In this document: in pieces, positions 24,629 through 35,046 of the stretch
Position numbering within the stretch: the first letter of the stretch is position 1
Layout of the letters: each line of letters begins with the position of its first letter
DNA from: Octopus sinensis
Taxonomy: Eukaryota
Assembly: GCF_006345805.1 (NCBI RefSeq)
Contig: NC_042999.1
Location: 33,914,001 to 33,978,000, forward strand
Reading direction: 5' to 3'
Length of the DNA stretch: 64,000 bases
Notes under the pieces: model-generated
What the model saw: the letters and a program-made list of their open reading frames with translations, nothing else
The model's database searches: none
Told to the model about the DNA's origin: nothing
Made by a program: the position numbers and the translations under genes

Positions 24629-26461
24629 TCATTTAAAATATTTTAAAGTCTTCAATTGACCTAGTTCGATATGGTTATTCAATAAGTTTCTATGTTTTCT
24701 ATGCTTTAGAATTTCATTCGTCTCCATGGAGCATAGTTGGCAACCGACCCTGCTATTTTTATACGGAATTGCTCTCCTAACTATTTCCCAATTAAGGTTA
24801 TAATTATTATTATTATTTTTGAGTTCCCAGATTTTGTTTGAAAGTGTGGTGGTACCAGCTTTATGACGTAATTTAAAAGACGAGATGTGATTTCTAACTC
24901 TGGCTAGAAAATTAATTGTACATCCAATGTAAAAATATTTGTTATTCTCCGTGGATATGGTACATTTATAGATTACATTATTTTCCCCGCATAGACCAGG
25001 TGCCGGGCATTTTGATTTTATTCTACACTTACACACAGGAGGAACAACTTCAGGTTTTGGATTATTCTTGGGTAGATGTTTTAGGTTCCTATTATTTTGA
25101 TTATCATGAGTATAATTGTCCTTATTGTTATTAATATTTCTATAGTTGGTGCTGATATCTAAAGTATTGCTATTATTTATTGATCCTTCTGTTTCATCTT
25201 TTAGGTCTAAAGTCCTACCATGATTTCTTATATTATTGGTAATGTTACTATTATTGTTAGTCTTTTTATCCGACTGCATATTGTTGTTATAGATATCACT
25301 GATATTTTCATTCTCCTTATTTTCTCCATTAGCCTTACTTCTATTATTTCTATTATTAACATTATTACTTCTATTAATATCGGTATTGCTATTATTACTA
25401 TTAATGTTAATGTTATTAGTCATTCTGTGGTTACTAATTTCACCCATGTTTTGATAGCTACTATTGCTGTTTTTATTGTTGGTAGTATTATTATAATTGC
25501 TATTGGTATTCATGTTGATATTATTATTTTTATTTCTATCTTTCCTAGCTAGTTTAATGTTGTTATTATTAATCTTAGCTATTAAAGTGGACATATTTGG
25601 TAGGGTTGAATAAGAAATCCTAACTGTTTTCCTAGAAATAATTCTATGATATCTATGAGAGATTGGGAAATTTGTTTCCAGAATTACTTTGAATTTGTTC
25701 TGTATATCCGATTGTATCGCACAGTTGAAAGGAATATTCAGCCATAATATATATTTTTTATTAAATTTAGGGTTCGTAGAATTATTACTATTCATCTCAC
25801 CGGAGTTATTGTATTTATTACCATTATTTTTATTTTTATTTGTGTGCATCTTTGGTTTATCTACTTCGATATTATCCGAGTTACCTATGTTCTGGTCAAT
25901 GCTTCTATTTGAATTGTTGGGCCTGTACGTTAGATTAGCGTTTACCGTTAATTTAATTCTACTTTTATTTCGGGCTTGGTCTGTATTGCTGCTTACGTGA
26001 TTACTGATAACTTCTTTATTAGGAATACGTGAGTTCTCCTTATCAACGAATGTAATCTTTTGGTTGTATCCAGCCTTAGTTAACGCCGCATTATAATGCT
26101 CAGAATGGGAGTTAAATATATCCTTATTGGATGATAATTTTGAAATTCTTAATGAAATATTTCTTACTAAAGATTCAATTATATTTGGGGGATGATTTGA
26201 TAATTTATTTACGTAATTCGTGATTTCGCCTTCCTTTCTAAATGGGTAATGCAGCTTGGAGTTAAGGTCTAGCGTAATATCTAGGAAGTTAACTATTTTA
26301 GTGCCCGGTTCATACGTTATACTGAGGTTGAAATCCTTAAAGAACTTATTAATTTTCTTTCTAATCCTTTCTATAACAGATTTATTATTACTAGGGATAA
26401 CAAACAGAGCATCATCCATATATAGACACCCTGTATTTCTGGGATATCCTTGCTTATGCAT
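24629..26461 (-). CDS. PLE ORF C-terminal part: RT palm/thumb, Asn-rich insertions, GIY-YIG endonuclease
   Basis: YMDD, NFLDITLDL, SNHPPNI, ILWLNIP, ISYSTLPNM, CKCRxxxKCP, VIYKC...FYIG and CQLCSME motifs; 610 codons without a stop. The Met start is an artefact of an upstream frameshift. Confidence 0.88.
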   Translation of the reverse strand: MHKQGYPRNTGCLYMDDALFVIPSNNKSVIERIRKKINKFFKDFNLSITYEPGTKIVNFLDITLDLNSKLHYPFRKEGEITNYVNKLSNHPPNIIESLVRNISLRISKLSSNKDIFNSHSEHYNAALTKAGYNQKITFVDKENSRIPNKEVISNHVSSNTDQARNKSRIKLTVNANLTYRPNNSNRSIDQNIGNSDNIEVDKPKMHTNKNKNNGNKYNNSGEMNSNNSTNPKFNKKYILWLNIPFNCAIQSDIQNKFKVILETNFPISHRYHRIISRKTVRISYSTLPNMSTLIAKINNNNIKLARKDRNKNNNINMNTNSNYNNTTNNKNSNSSYQNMGEISNHRMTNNININSNNSNTDINRSNNVNNRNNRSKANGENKENENISDIYNNNMQSDKKTNNNSNITNNIRNHGRTLDLKDETEGSINNSNTLDISTNYRNINNNKDNYTHDNQNNRNLKHLPKNNPKPEVVPPVCKCRIKSKCPAPGLCGENNVIYKCTISTENNKYFYIGCTINFLARVRNHISSFKLRHKAGTTTLSNKIWELKNNNNNYNLNWEIVRRAIPYKNSRVGCQLCSMETNEILKHRKHRNLLNNHIELGQLKTLKYFK

Positions 26462-27135
26462 TTTAATAGATATGCGCCTACTAGGTTGGTTACCTCAGCC
26501 GAATCACTGGAACATTGGTATATCAAAATAATTAGGTGTATCTGCTCTAGTCCATAATTATCTTCAAATTCTATAAATGTCTTCCTAGCTAGTAGCACAA
26601 TATTGATTTCTTCTCTAGATATGAGGGAGCGATTCATGGCAAATATTAGTGATTTGTTGAGTAAGATAGAGGAAATACTAGAGTAATAACTATTAATATC
26701 GAACTGAATAAAGGACAGACTACTAGTATTAGTTAGAGAGTTAAACCATTTTAGAACTTCGTCCGTACTTAGCCATAGGTTTAAGGGGCGAAGAGGGGTT
26801 ATTTGGGGTAGAACAGTATCTAGGATAGATTTACTAAGTCGGCCAATGTCCGACTTAGTTGGACAGATCAGCCTTACCGAAGGGTTTTCCAAGAAATTCT
26901 TTTTGTGGTCTTTAAGGTTGATCCTGGGCTCACACGGTTTAAGCGGCTCTGTTCTATCCGTTAAATTTAGTTTCTCCATGATCTCTTTCATTTCCAGGTT
27001 TACTTTTTTCAAATTGTTCTTAGTCGTAATTTTATATTTGGAGTTTAGTTCCTTCCTAATTAATTTGCTATAAAGATCGTAATCAACTCTATACATATTA
27101 CCCGTTTTATCTGCTGGTACTAGAATTCCATGTTT
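26430..27135 (-). pseudogene. PLE ORF N-terminal RT part (frameshifted, 5'-truncated)
   Basis: GILVPADKTGNMY, LKDHKKNF, VRLICP, FIQFDINSYYSSI and (G)SSDSAEVTNLVG. Frame changes near 26555, 26510 and 26430. Confidence 0.85.
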
Positions 27136-27823
27136 TCTTCTCTTTCCTTCCCTTTTCTGTTCTTTGCCTCTCTAGAAAGCCCTTCAGCCTTTAAAAGTTA
27201 AATAGCTACAGTCTCTTGTAAATAGCAGTAATGTGACTAATGTGGCAAATACCTAATCATATAGCAAGAATTGATACCTACCTCATTGTGTTCAACCATT
27301 GATAAATTTATCGCCTGTGAATATGAAATTCCTCTTCATTTCTCTGGAAATTTACATCTACACCATTGGAAATTGTGCATCTATACAAAGGATTAATTCA
27401 CCCTCTCTGTAATGCTAATAAGCAGGAATTGAGACCCACCTCGTTGTGATTAGCAATGGATAAGTTTGTCGTCTGTGAGTATGTAATCCCTCCTCATATC
27501 TCTGGAAATTCATATGTACACTATGGATTAAGTCACCTTCTCTGTGATGCTATTAAAACTTTTTTAAAATTCTGTGATAAGACTGTACATCATCTTTAAA
27601 GAACTTTAATGAACTTTGGAAATCTGTTTATGTTACTTAATTATCTACATTACTTCATGAGTATAGCCTCAACCACTAGTATGTCTAGAGAACTCACATG
27701 TATTTTAGCTGATGAGTACGGGACACGTTTATATGCTGCAATTTTTGCAACTTTTAATAAAGCCTGTCCTTGTATGAAACGATTGTACTAAAAAACTATC
27801 CATTCTTGTTGCTTCTTTCTCGC
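27133..27823. repeat. Right arm of the 691-bp inverted repeat
   Basis: Reverse complement of 23054-23744; joins the RT coding sequence at ...gaagaaaa|catggaattc (minus strand) and ends at a (TA)n array. Confidence 0.93.
27703..27793 (+). ncRNA. Type I hammerhead ribozyme (inverted copy of 23084-23174)
   Basis: CTGATGA at 27709-27715, GAAA at 27776-27779, predicted cleavage after A27787, stem I TTTTAG/CTAAAA. Confidence 0.85.
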
Positions 27824-27851
27824 ATATATATATATATATACATATATATAC

Positions 27852-27884
<33 letters not shown>

Positions 27885-28458
27885 CATACAAATATATATA
27901 TATACATACATATATATATACATATACATACATACATATGCACACACATATGTATGTATATATATATATATATATATATAAACGAAGGCAAGTGAAGGAA
28001 AAACGAAAAACCAAGCAGGTATATTAATGCTCGGGAAGAATGGAAAAGGTTTGGAGCATACTCTCTTTGACGGCAAGGAATGAAAGGGGTGAAAAAACGT
28101 AGAGAGCGAAAACAAATGGAGAGAAAAAAATTGTGTAGCGATTGAAGGTTCGAAATGAATATATAAGAATATATCAGAAAAAGGGATGACAGGAAAAACA
28201 ATAGTTTTGTTAGGAACTTCATTAGCTTAGAGCTATTTTTGCTATTAGATACAGTGCTGACGTATTTGAGTGCCTAAATAACGTCGAACAACTTCAGCGG
28301 GATTGTGAATGTGAAGTGCAATTTGAGAAAAAAACGAATTACATTTGTGCTATTTAGAGGGAAGACACTACCAGTGAGAAAGTCATTACTGATGTATTTA
28401 CAAAAATGTATATCCAAAAGGGCTTTAGATTTACTAGTAGAAACTCTAGAAAAAAATA

Positions 28459-28847
28459 ATGTGGCTGTATGGTAAGTAACTTGCTTACCAGCCACGTGGT
28501 TCTGGGTTCCGTCCCACGGCGTGATACCTTGGGAAAGTGTATTCAACTATAGCCTCGGGCCAACCAAAGCCTTGTGAGTGGATTTCGTAGACGGAAACTG
28601 AAAAGAAGTCCGTCGTATATATGTTTGTATATATGTGTGTGTGTGTTTGTCCCCCTCCCCACAACATCGCTTGGCCACCGATGCTGGTGTGTTTACGTCC
28701 CCGTAACTTAGCGGTTCGGCAAAAGAGACTGAGAATAGGTACTAGGCTTAGAAAGAATACGTCCTGGGGTAGATTTGCTCGACTAAAGGCGGTGCTCCAG
28801 CATGGTCACAATCAAATAGCTGAAACAAGTAAAAGAGAAAAAGAGTA
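28459..28847 (+). mobile_element. SINE family A, full length
   Basis: Head, central domain and tail all match family A. Confidence 0.88.
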
Positions 28848-28933
28848 TATGTACATAACACATGCGCACGCACTCGGAAAACTCGGTAAACACGCGGAGT
28901 GGCTATTAGTCATGCAATGTCTAAGCAATATAT

Positions 28934-28994
<61 letters not shown>

Positions 28995-29226
28995 TTATAT
29001 ATATAACGAAGAGACACATATTAATTGTCTTTTAATTATATGTTAATATTATGGCGCGGTCTCTAAAAAATAACTGGAATAAAATAACAAGGTAAAATTC
29101 TGTATTTTTCGTTCCTTTTGAAGATTGCCCTTAAATGTGGTTTTGTTCGTTTTGACTACTTCCAGCGTCAAAAAACTGCCTACTGATTGCAGTTTTCGTT
29201 TGGGTTTAAATATATATATAGTGAAG

Positions 29227-29815
29227 TATATTTGCCACTTAAATGTGGCTAACCCCTAAGAGTGAATTCTACTCTAGCTTGTTGCCCCAGCTGGCTTGTT
29301 CCTCCAGTTGGCTATTGACACGCTTTCCGTGCCCTATCAGTATTTGCAAAGGGAAATCTGACATAATACACTCGGACTCGAGTTTCTGGTTATTGACCCG
29401 TCATTAGCGTGTGACAATCACCGATTTCCAATGAAAAGCGGGTGCCCTTTGCAAATATATATCCTTTTTCCGATATCGAAAACGTGTAAACAAGCAATAA
29501 TAAACCTCTATGCGAGGTATAAACGGTAGCTACACGACGTCGTAAAGTATATTTGCTACTTAAATGCGGCTAACCCTTAAGGGTTGGTGGTGCTGTAGCT
29601 TGTAGTCCCAGGAGGACACTTCCTCCAGCTGGCTATTGACACACTTTCTGTGCCCTATCAGTATTTGCAAATAGAAGCCATCCTTCCCATCTCCGATCTG
29701 ACATGATTCACACGGACTCGAGTTTCTGGTTTAGCCACATTTAAGTGTTAGCCACATTTAAGTGGCAAATATATTTCACGATGTCATGCAGCTACTATTT
29801 ATACCTCGCTCAGAG
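29227..29815. repeat. Unclassified element with a partial tandem unit (period about 321 bp) and 68-bp inverted repeats
   Basis: tatatttgc(c/t)acttaaatg(t/c)ggctaacc...ggactcgagtttctggtt at 29227 and 29548; 29506-29573 is inverted at 29748-29815; 17-bp tandem duplication ttagccacatttaagtg at 29731-29764. Confidence 0.75.
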
Positions 29816-29829
29816 ATTTATTTCATATA

Positions 29830-29874
<45 letters not shown>

Positions 29875-29876
<2 letters not shown>

Positions 29877-30036
29877 CGCAGAAGTGGCTGTGTGGTAAGT
29901 AGCTTGCTTACCAACCATATGATTCCGGGTTCAGTCACACTGTGTGGAATCTTGGTCATGTGTCTTCTGCTATAGCCCCGGGCCGATCAATGCATTGTGA
30001 GTGGATTTGGTAGACGGCAACTGAAAGAAGCCTGTC

Positions 30037-30085
<49 letters not shown>

Positions 30086-30139
30086 GTGTGTATGTGTGTA
30101 TGTGTGTGTGTGTGTGTGCATGTGTTTGTGTGTCTGTCG

Positions 30140-30176
<37 letters not shown>

Positions 30177-30372
30177 TTGTGTGTCTGTGTTTGTCTCCCT
30201 AGCATAGCTGGTGTGTTTCCGTTCCCGTCACTTAGCAGTTCGGCAAAAGAGACCGATAGAATACGTACTGGGCTTACAAAGAATAATTCCCGGGAGAGAT
30301 TTGCTCGACTAAAGGCGGTGCTCCAGCATGGCCGCAGTCAAATGACTGAAAAAGTATAAAAGAAAGAGAGAA
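29875..30372 (+). mobile_element. SINE family A, full length with expanded internal microsatellite
   Basis: ggcgcagaagtggctgtgtggtaag head through ggcggtgctccagcatggccgcagtcaaatgactgaa tail. Confidence 0.9.
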
Positions 30373-30404
30373 AAATATATATATATATGTATGTATGTTT
30401 GTTT

Positions 30405-30615
30405 GTTTTTCCAGTTTCAGCTCTTGAGCTGTGGCCATGCTGGGGCACCGCCATTGTGGTGAAAGAGTACAGCAGGGATCACCACCCCCTGCCGGAGCCT
30501 CGTAGAGCTTTTAGGTGTTTTCGCTCAATAAACACACACAACGCCCGGTCTGAGAATCGAAACCGCGATCCTGCGACCGCGAGTCCGCTGCCCTAACCAC
30601 TAGGCCATTGCGCCT
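30405..30615 (-). mobile_element. SINE family B' head fragment joined to a CR1-type 3' tail
   Basis: 30455-30615 matches 52512-52680; 30410-30452 is the reverse complement of ggcggtgccccagcatggccacagctc..agctgaaact seen at 60057-60097. Confidence 0.75.
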
Positions 30616-30639
30616 ATGTATACATTCTTTTATTCTTTT

Positions 30640-30849
30640 TCATCTACTTCTCTCAATCATGTTACTGCGTCTATGCTGGACAAATCAGTCGAACAAATCG
30701 ACCCCAGAACTATTTGTAAGCCTAGTATTTATTTTCTGCATCTATTATATTGAACTGCTAAGATACCGGGACGTAAATACACCAACATAGGTTGACAAGA
30801 CATCGTGTGGGAACAGACAGACAGACACACACAATATATATATATATAT

Positions 30850-30886
<37 letters not shown>

Positions 30887-30900
30887 AGATAGATAGATAA

Positions 30901-30971
<71 letters not shown>

Positions 30972-31003
30972 TATGGATAGATAGATAGATAGATAGATAT
31001 ATG

Positions 31004-31034
<31 letters not shown>

Positions 31035-31035
31035 G

Positions 31036-31087
<52 letters not shown>

Positions 31088-31088
31088 T

Positions 31089-31131
<43 letters not shown>

Positions 31132-31316
31132 TTCATACATACATACATACATACATTCGACGGGCCACTACTAAATCCACTCAAGGCCTCTACTAAACCC
31201 ACTCACAAGGCTTTGGTCGTCCCAAGACTATACCAAGAGACACTTGCGCAACATGCCATGCAGTAGGACCGGACCCGGAATCATGTAGTTAGGAAACAAG
31301 TTTCTTACCACACAGC
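30640..31316 (-). mobile_element. Degenerate SINE family A split by a (TAGA)n expansion
   Basis: 3' half at 30640-30830, 5' half at 31155-31316, (ATAG)n in between. Confidence 0.7.
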
Positions 31317-31321
31317 ACGGA

Positions 31322-31551
31322 AAATGGAGTTTGCAAGAATCCTTATTCAACACAACGGTTGTTTTCGACCCATCAGGTAGGATATTGTGCAGCTAGTTGT
31401 GCTGCATCCACAATGCATAATGCGACTCATCAGGCGTCTCATTTTAAATAAGTTACTTCACTACATAATTAATATCCTACCCGCAAGGGATAGAAGCATA
31501 ATGGGTCGAAACGACCGTTTTGTAGAAAAATCTTTCTTGCAAACTCCATTT
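31322..31551. repeat. Imperfect palindromic (MITE-like or foldback) element
   Basis: aaatggagtttgcaagaa...tttcgacccat (31322-31372) is inverted at 31500-31551; inner arms ggtaggatatt/aatatcctacc. Confidence 0.75.
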
Positions 31552-31764
31552 CTTATTTCCGTCATTCCTTATAAAATCAACGAACATTGAGGAGTTCCTG
31601 ACGTAGATCCAGTGAGATTTATATCATAACTGTTAATGACACTGGGGAGCGTAAACAAACCATATAACGAAAGGTCCAAATAATTACTTATACAAGCGTG
31701 TATGTATTAAGTATGTATGTGTGTATGTATGTGTATGTATGTATGTATGTATGTGTGTATATAT

Positions 31765-31807
<43 letters not shown>

Positions 31808-31837
31808 GCGAGAAAGAAGCAACAAGAATGGATAGGT

Positions 31838-31928
31838 TTTTAGTACGATCGTTTCATACAAGGACAGGTTTTATTAAAAGTTGCAAAGATTACAGCATAT
31901 AAACGAGTCCCGTACTCATCAGCTAAAA
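31838..31928 (-). ncRNA. Type I hammerhead ribozyme with palindromic stem III
   Basis: TTTTAG-CTGATGA-GTACGGGAC...GTCCTTGTAT-GAA-ACGATCGT-A-CTAAAA. Confidence 0.87.
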
Positions 31929-33374
31929 TACATGTAAGTTCTCTAGACATCCTAGTGTTTGAGGCTATACTCATGAAGTAATGTAGATAATTAAACAGAT
32001 TTCTAAAGTTCATTAAAGTTCTTTAAAGATGATGTACAGTCTTATCACAGAATTTTAAAAAAGTTTTGATAGCATCACAGAGAAGGTGACCTAATCCATA
32101 TGAATTTCCATAGATATGATGAGGGATTATATACTCACAGAAGACAAATTTATCCATTGTTAATTACAACGAGGTGGGTTTCAATTCCTGCTTATTAGCA
32201 TTACAGAGAGGGTGAATTAATCCTTTGTATATATGCACAGATTCCAATGGTGTAGATGTAAATTTCCAGAGAAATGGAGATGAATTTCATATTCACAGGC
32301 GATAAATTTCACAATGGTTGAACACAATGAGGTAGGTATCAATCCTTGTTATATGATTAGGTGTTTGCCACATTAATCACATTACTGCTATTCACAAGAG
32401 GCTGTAGCTATTTAACTCTTAAAGGCTGAAGGGCTTACTAGATCGGCCAAGAATAGAGAAGGGAATAGAAGAAAAGAGAGAAAATAAAGGAGGAGGGAGC
32501 AAAAAAGGGGGGGGAGAGGGGGACTAAAAGAGAAGAGAAAAGGAAACAGAGAATAAGAAGAAGAAAAAGAAAAAAGAGAAAAGAGAAAGAAATAGGGAAA
32601 GAAGGGAAAAAAAGAAAAAGAAAAAAAGAGGGTTCTAGCTATACAGAAGAGTTAGTAGACTGTAAGTCTGGTTTTAATCAACAGGCATCTAGGAACTAGA
32701 GGAGAATATTATTCTTTGACCAGTAAACCGTTAATTTATTGCTGTTGAAATCAGCTATGAGTTTAAAGAGAATCTAAAGAGATAACACAGTCAGGGGTTA
32801 AGGGGTCAGATGCTAAAATCACCAGAAAATACATTAGGAAAATCTAAGTATAATCTTATCAAAAAGTCATTAAAAATTTACTTATTTAATTTATTCATTT
32901 TATTGTCTTAAGGAGTTGTCGTTATTATTCATACATTGACTGACTACAGGTCAAATCTTATAAGATCATTTACAAGGTGTTAGGGGATTGTCTATCATAA
33001 TGAAGATAATCATATTATCACCGAGGGAATAGCCTTATTTATTTAATTATGAAATAGAATTATGGGGCTACAGTAACTAATTATAATTTATTAGAGTTAT
33101 GCTATTTAAATTAGATTAAGTTAGGAATTAAAATTAAATATTACAATTAAGATTTAAAATTAAGAATTTAAAAATTGTGAGTTTGAAATTAAATAAAGCC
33201 TCAATTAAGTAGCGAATAAGTACTATTCATTTCCCTGTTCTCAAAAAACTGATGCAGATATAAGGAAAAAGATAAAGATAACTGTAATGTGAGAACTCTT
33301 AGTTATCTACTTAAAGCAGTGCTATACTAGTAGAAATCAAGTTATATCTATCTATCTAGTTATGAATATTCCAA

Positions 33375-34449
33375 TCATTTAAAATATTTTAAAGTCTTCA
33401 ATTTAGCGTGGACACAAACTTGACCTAGTTCGATATGGTTATTCAATAAGTTTCTATGTTTACTATGCTTTAGAATTTCGTACGTCTCCATGGAGCATAG
33501 TTGACAACCAACCCTACTATTTTTATACGGAATTGCTCTCCTAACTATTTCCCAATTAAGGGTATAATTTTTATTATTATTTTTGAGTTCCCAGATTTTG
33601 TTTGAAAGTGTGGTGGTACCAGCTTTATGACGTAATTTAAAAGTCGAGATGTGATTTCTAACTCTAGCTAAAAAATTAATTGTACAGCCAATGTAAAAAT
33701 ATTTGTTATTCTCCGTGGATATGGTACATTTATAGATTACATTATTTTCCCTACATAGACCAGGTGCCGGGCATTTTGATTTTATTCTACACTTACACAC
33801 AGGAGGAACAACTTCAGGCCTTGGATTATTCCTGGGTAGATGTTTAAGGTTCCTATTATTTTGATTATCATTTCTATAGTTGGTGCTAATATCTAAAGTA
33901 TTGTTATTATTTATTGATCCTTCTGTTTCATCATTTAGGTGTAAAGTCCTACCAAGATTTCTTATATTATTCGTAATGTTATTATTATTGTTAGTCTTTT
34001 TATCCAACTGTATATTATTGTTATAGATATCACTGATATTTTCATTCTCCTTATTTTCTCCATTAGCCTTATTTCTATTATTTCTATTATTAACAATATT
34101 ACTTCTATTAATATCGGCATTATTATTATTACTATTAATGTTAATGTTATTAGTCATTCTGTGGTTACTAATTTCACCTATGTTTTGATAGTTCCTATTG
34201 CTGTTTTTATTGTTGGTAGTATTATTGTTATTGCTATTGGTATTCATTCTGATATTATTATTTTTATTTCTATCTTTCCTGGCTAGTTTAATGTTGTTAT
34301 TATTAATTTTAGCTATTAAAGTGGACATATTTGGGAGGGTTGAATAAGAAATCCTAACTGTTTTCCTAGAAATAATTCTATGATATCTATGAGAGATAGG
34401 GAAATTTTTTTCCAGAATCACTTTGAATTTGTTCTGTATATCCGATTGT
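33375..34449 (-). CDS. PLE copy 2 ORF remnant: Asn-rich region plus GIY-YIG endonuclease
   Basis: Open frame with VIYKC...FYIGCT, CQLCSME and terminal VCVHAK; the N-terminal MAGFFEMHFGYTE derives from non-homologous flank. Confidence 0.88.
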
Positions 34450-34596
34450 TCTGTATATCCGAAATGCATTTCGAAGAAGCCTGCCATTTACCGGATGTAT
34501 TATATGTAAACTTCCCCATGTGCTTCGTTGGAGTAGAACAGATAGCTGTTCGGCTTTGACGGTGCGAGGTCGTTTATTTATGATATGTTCAGAATC

Positions 34597-34658
34597 AGTC
34601 TTGCTGATGAGTACGGTCGCAACTGCGGTAAGTACGAAATCACAGGTGATACAAGACT
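34597..34658 (+). ncRNA. Canonical type I hammerhead ribozyme
   Basis: AGTCTTG-CTGATGA-GTAC...GTAC-GAA-ATCAC(AG)GTGAT-A-CAAGACT: perfect 7-bp stem I, 4-bp stem II base, 4-5-bp stem III; predicted cleavage after A34651. Confidence 0.92.
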
Positions 34659-34790
34659 AAATTCATTTTTTAAATGTCTTGCTTTGAAAAATTGCATTGG
34701 GTATGATTAGTAAAATCATTTTTGGTAGAAATGACTAATGTCCCTCTTAGCGTGTGGCATGTATGTGTAATAATGCCCTCTATATATAAA

Positions 34791-34859
<69 letters not shown>

Positions 34860-35046
34860 TAGATAGATAGATATATTGATTGATTCTATATTGAGAGAGA
34901 AAACGCTATAGACGATTTGTTTTGGAGTCTAATAATACCATGTACGCCTATGAAGATTTACAAACATACTTTTCCAGTGATACTCGGTTTACCTACAATT
35001 ATAAACAATACCGAATGTGATACAAGTCTTTGGTGTAGCAATTGCA

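Larger units (their letters stand above)
23054..27823 (-). mobile_element. Penelope-like element copy 1 (RT + GIY-YIG) with inverted terminal pLTR
   Basis: RT and endonuclease ORF on the minus strand (27135 to 24629), 3' UTR to 23054, and 27133-27823 is the reverse complement of 23054-23744. Confidence 0.92.
31808..34462 (-). mobile_element. Penelope-like element copy 2, 5'-truncated (same family as copy 1)
   Basis: Colinear with 23054 to about 25705; begins at the same gcgagaaagaagc terminus beside (TA)n. Confidence 0.92.

Noticed and set aside
25220-26000. Hydrophobic plus-strand ORFs resembling membrane proteins
   Set aside because: Antisense shadow of the Asn-rich PLE ORF.
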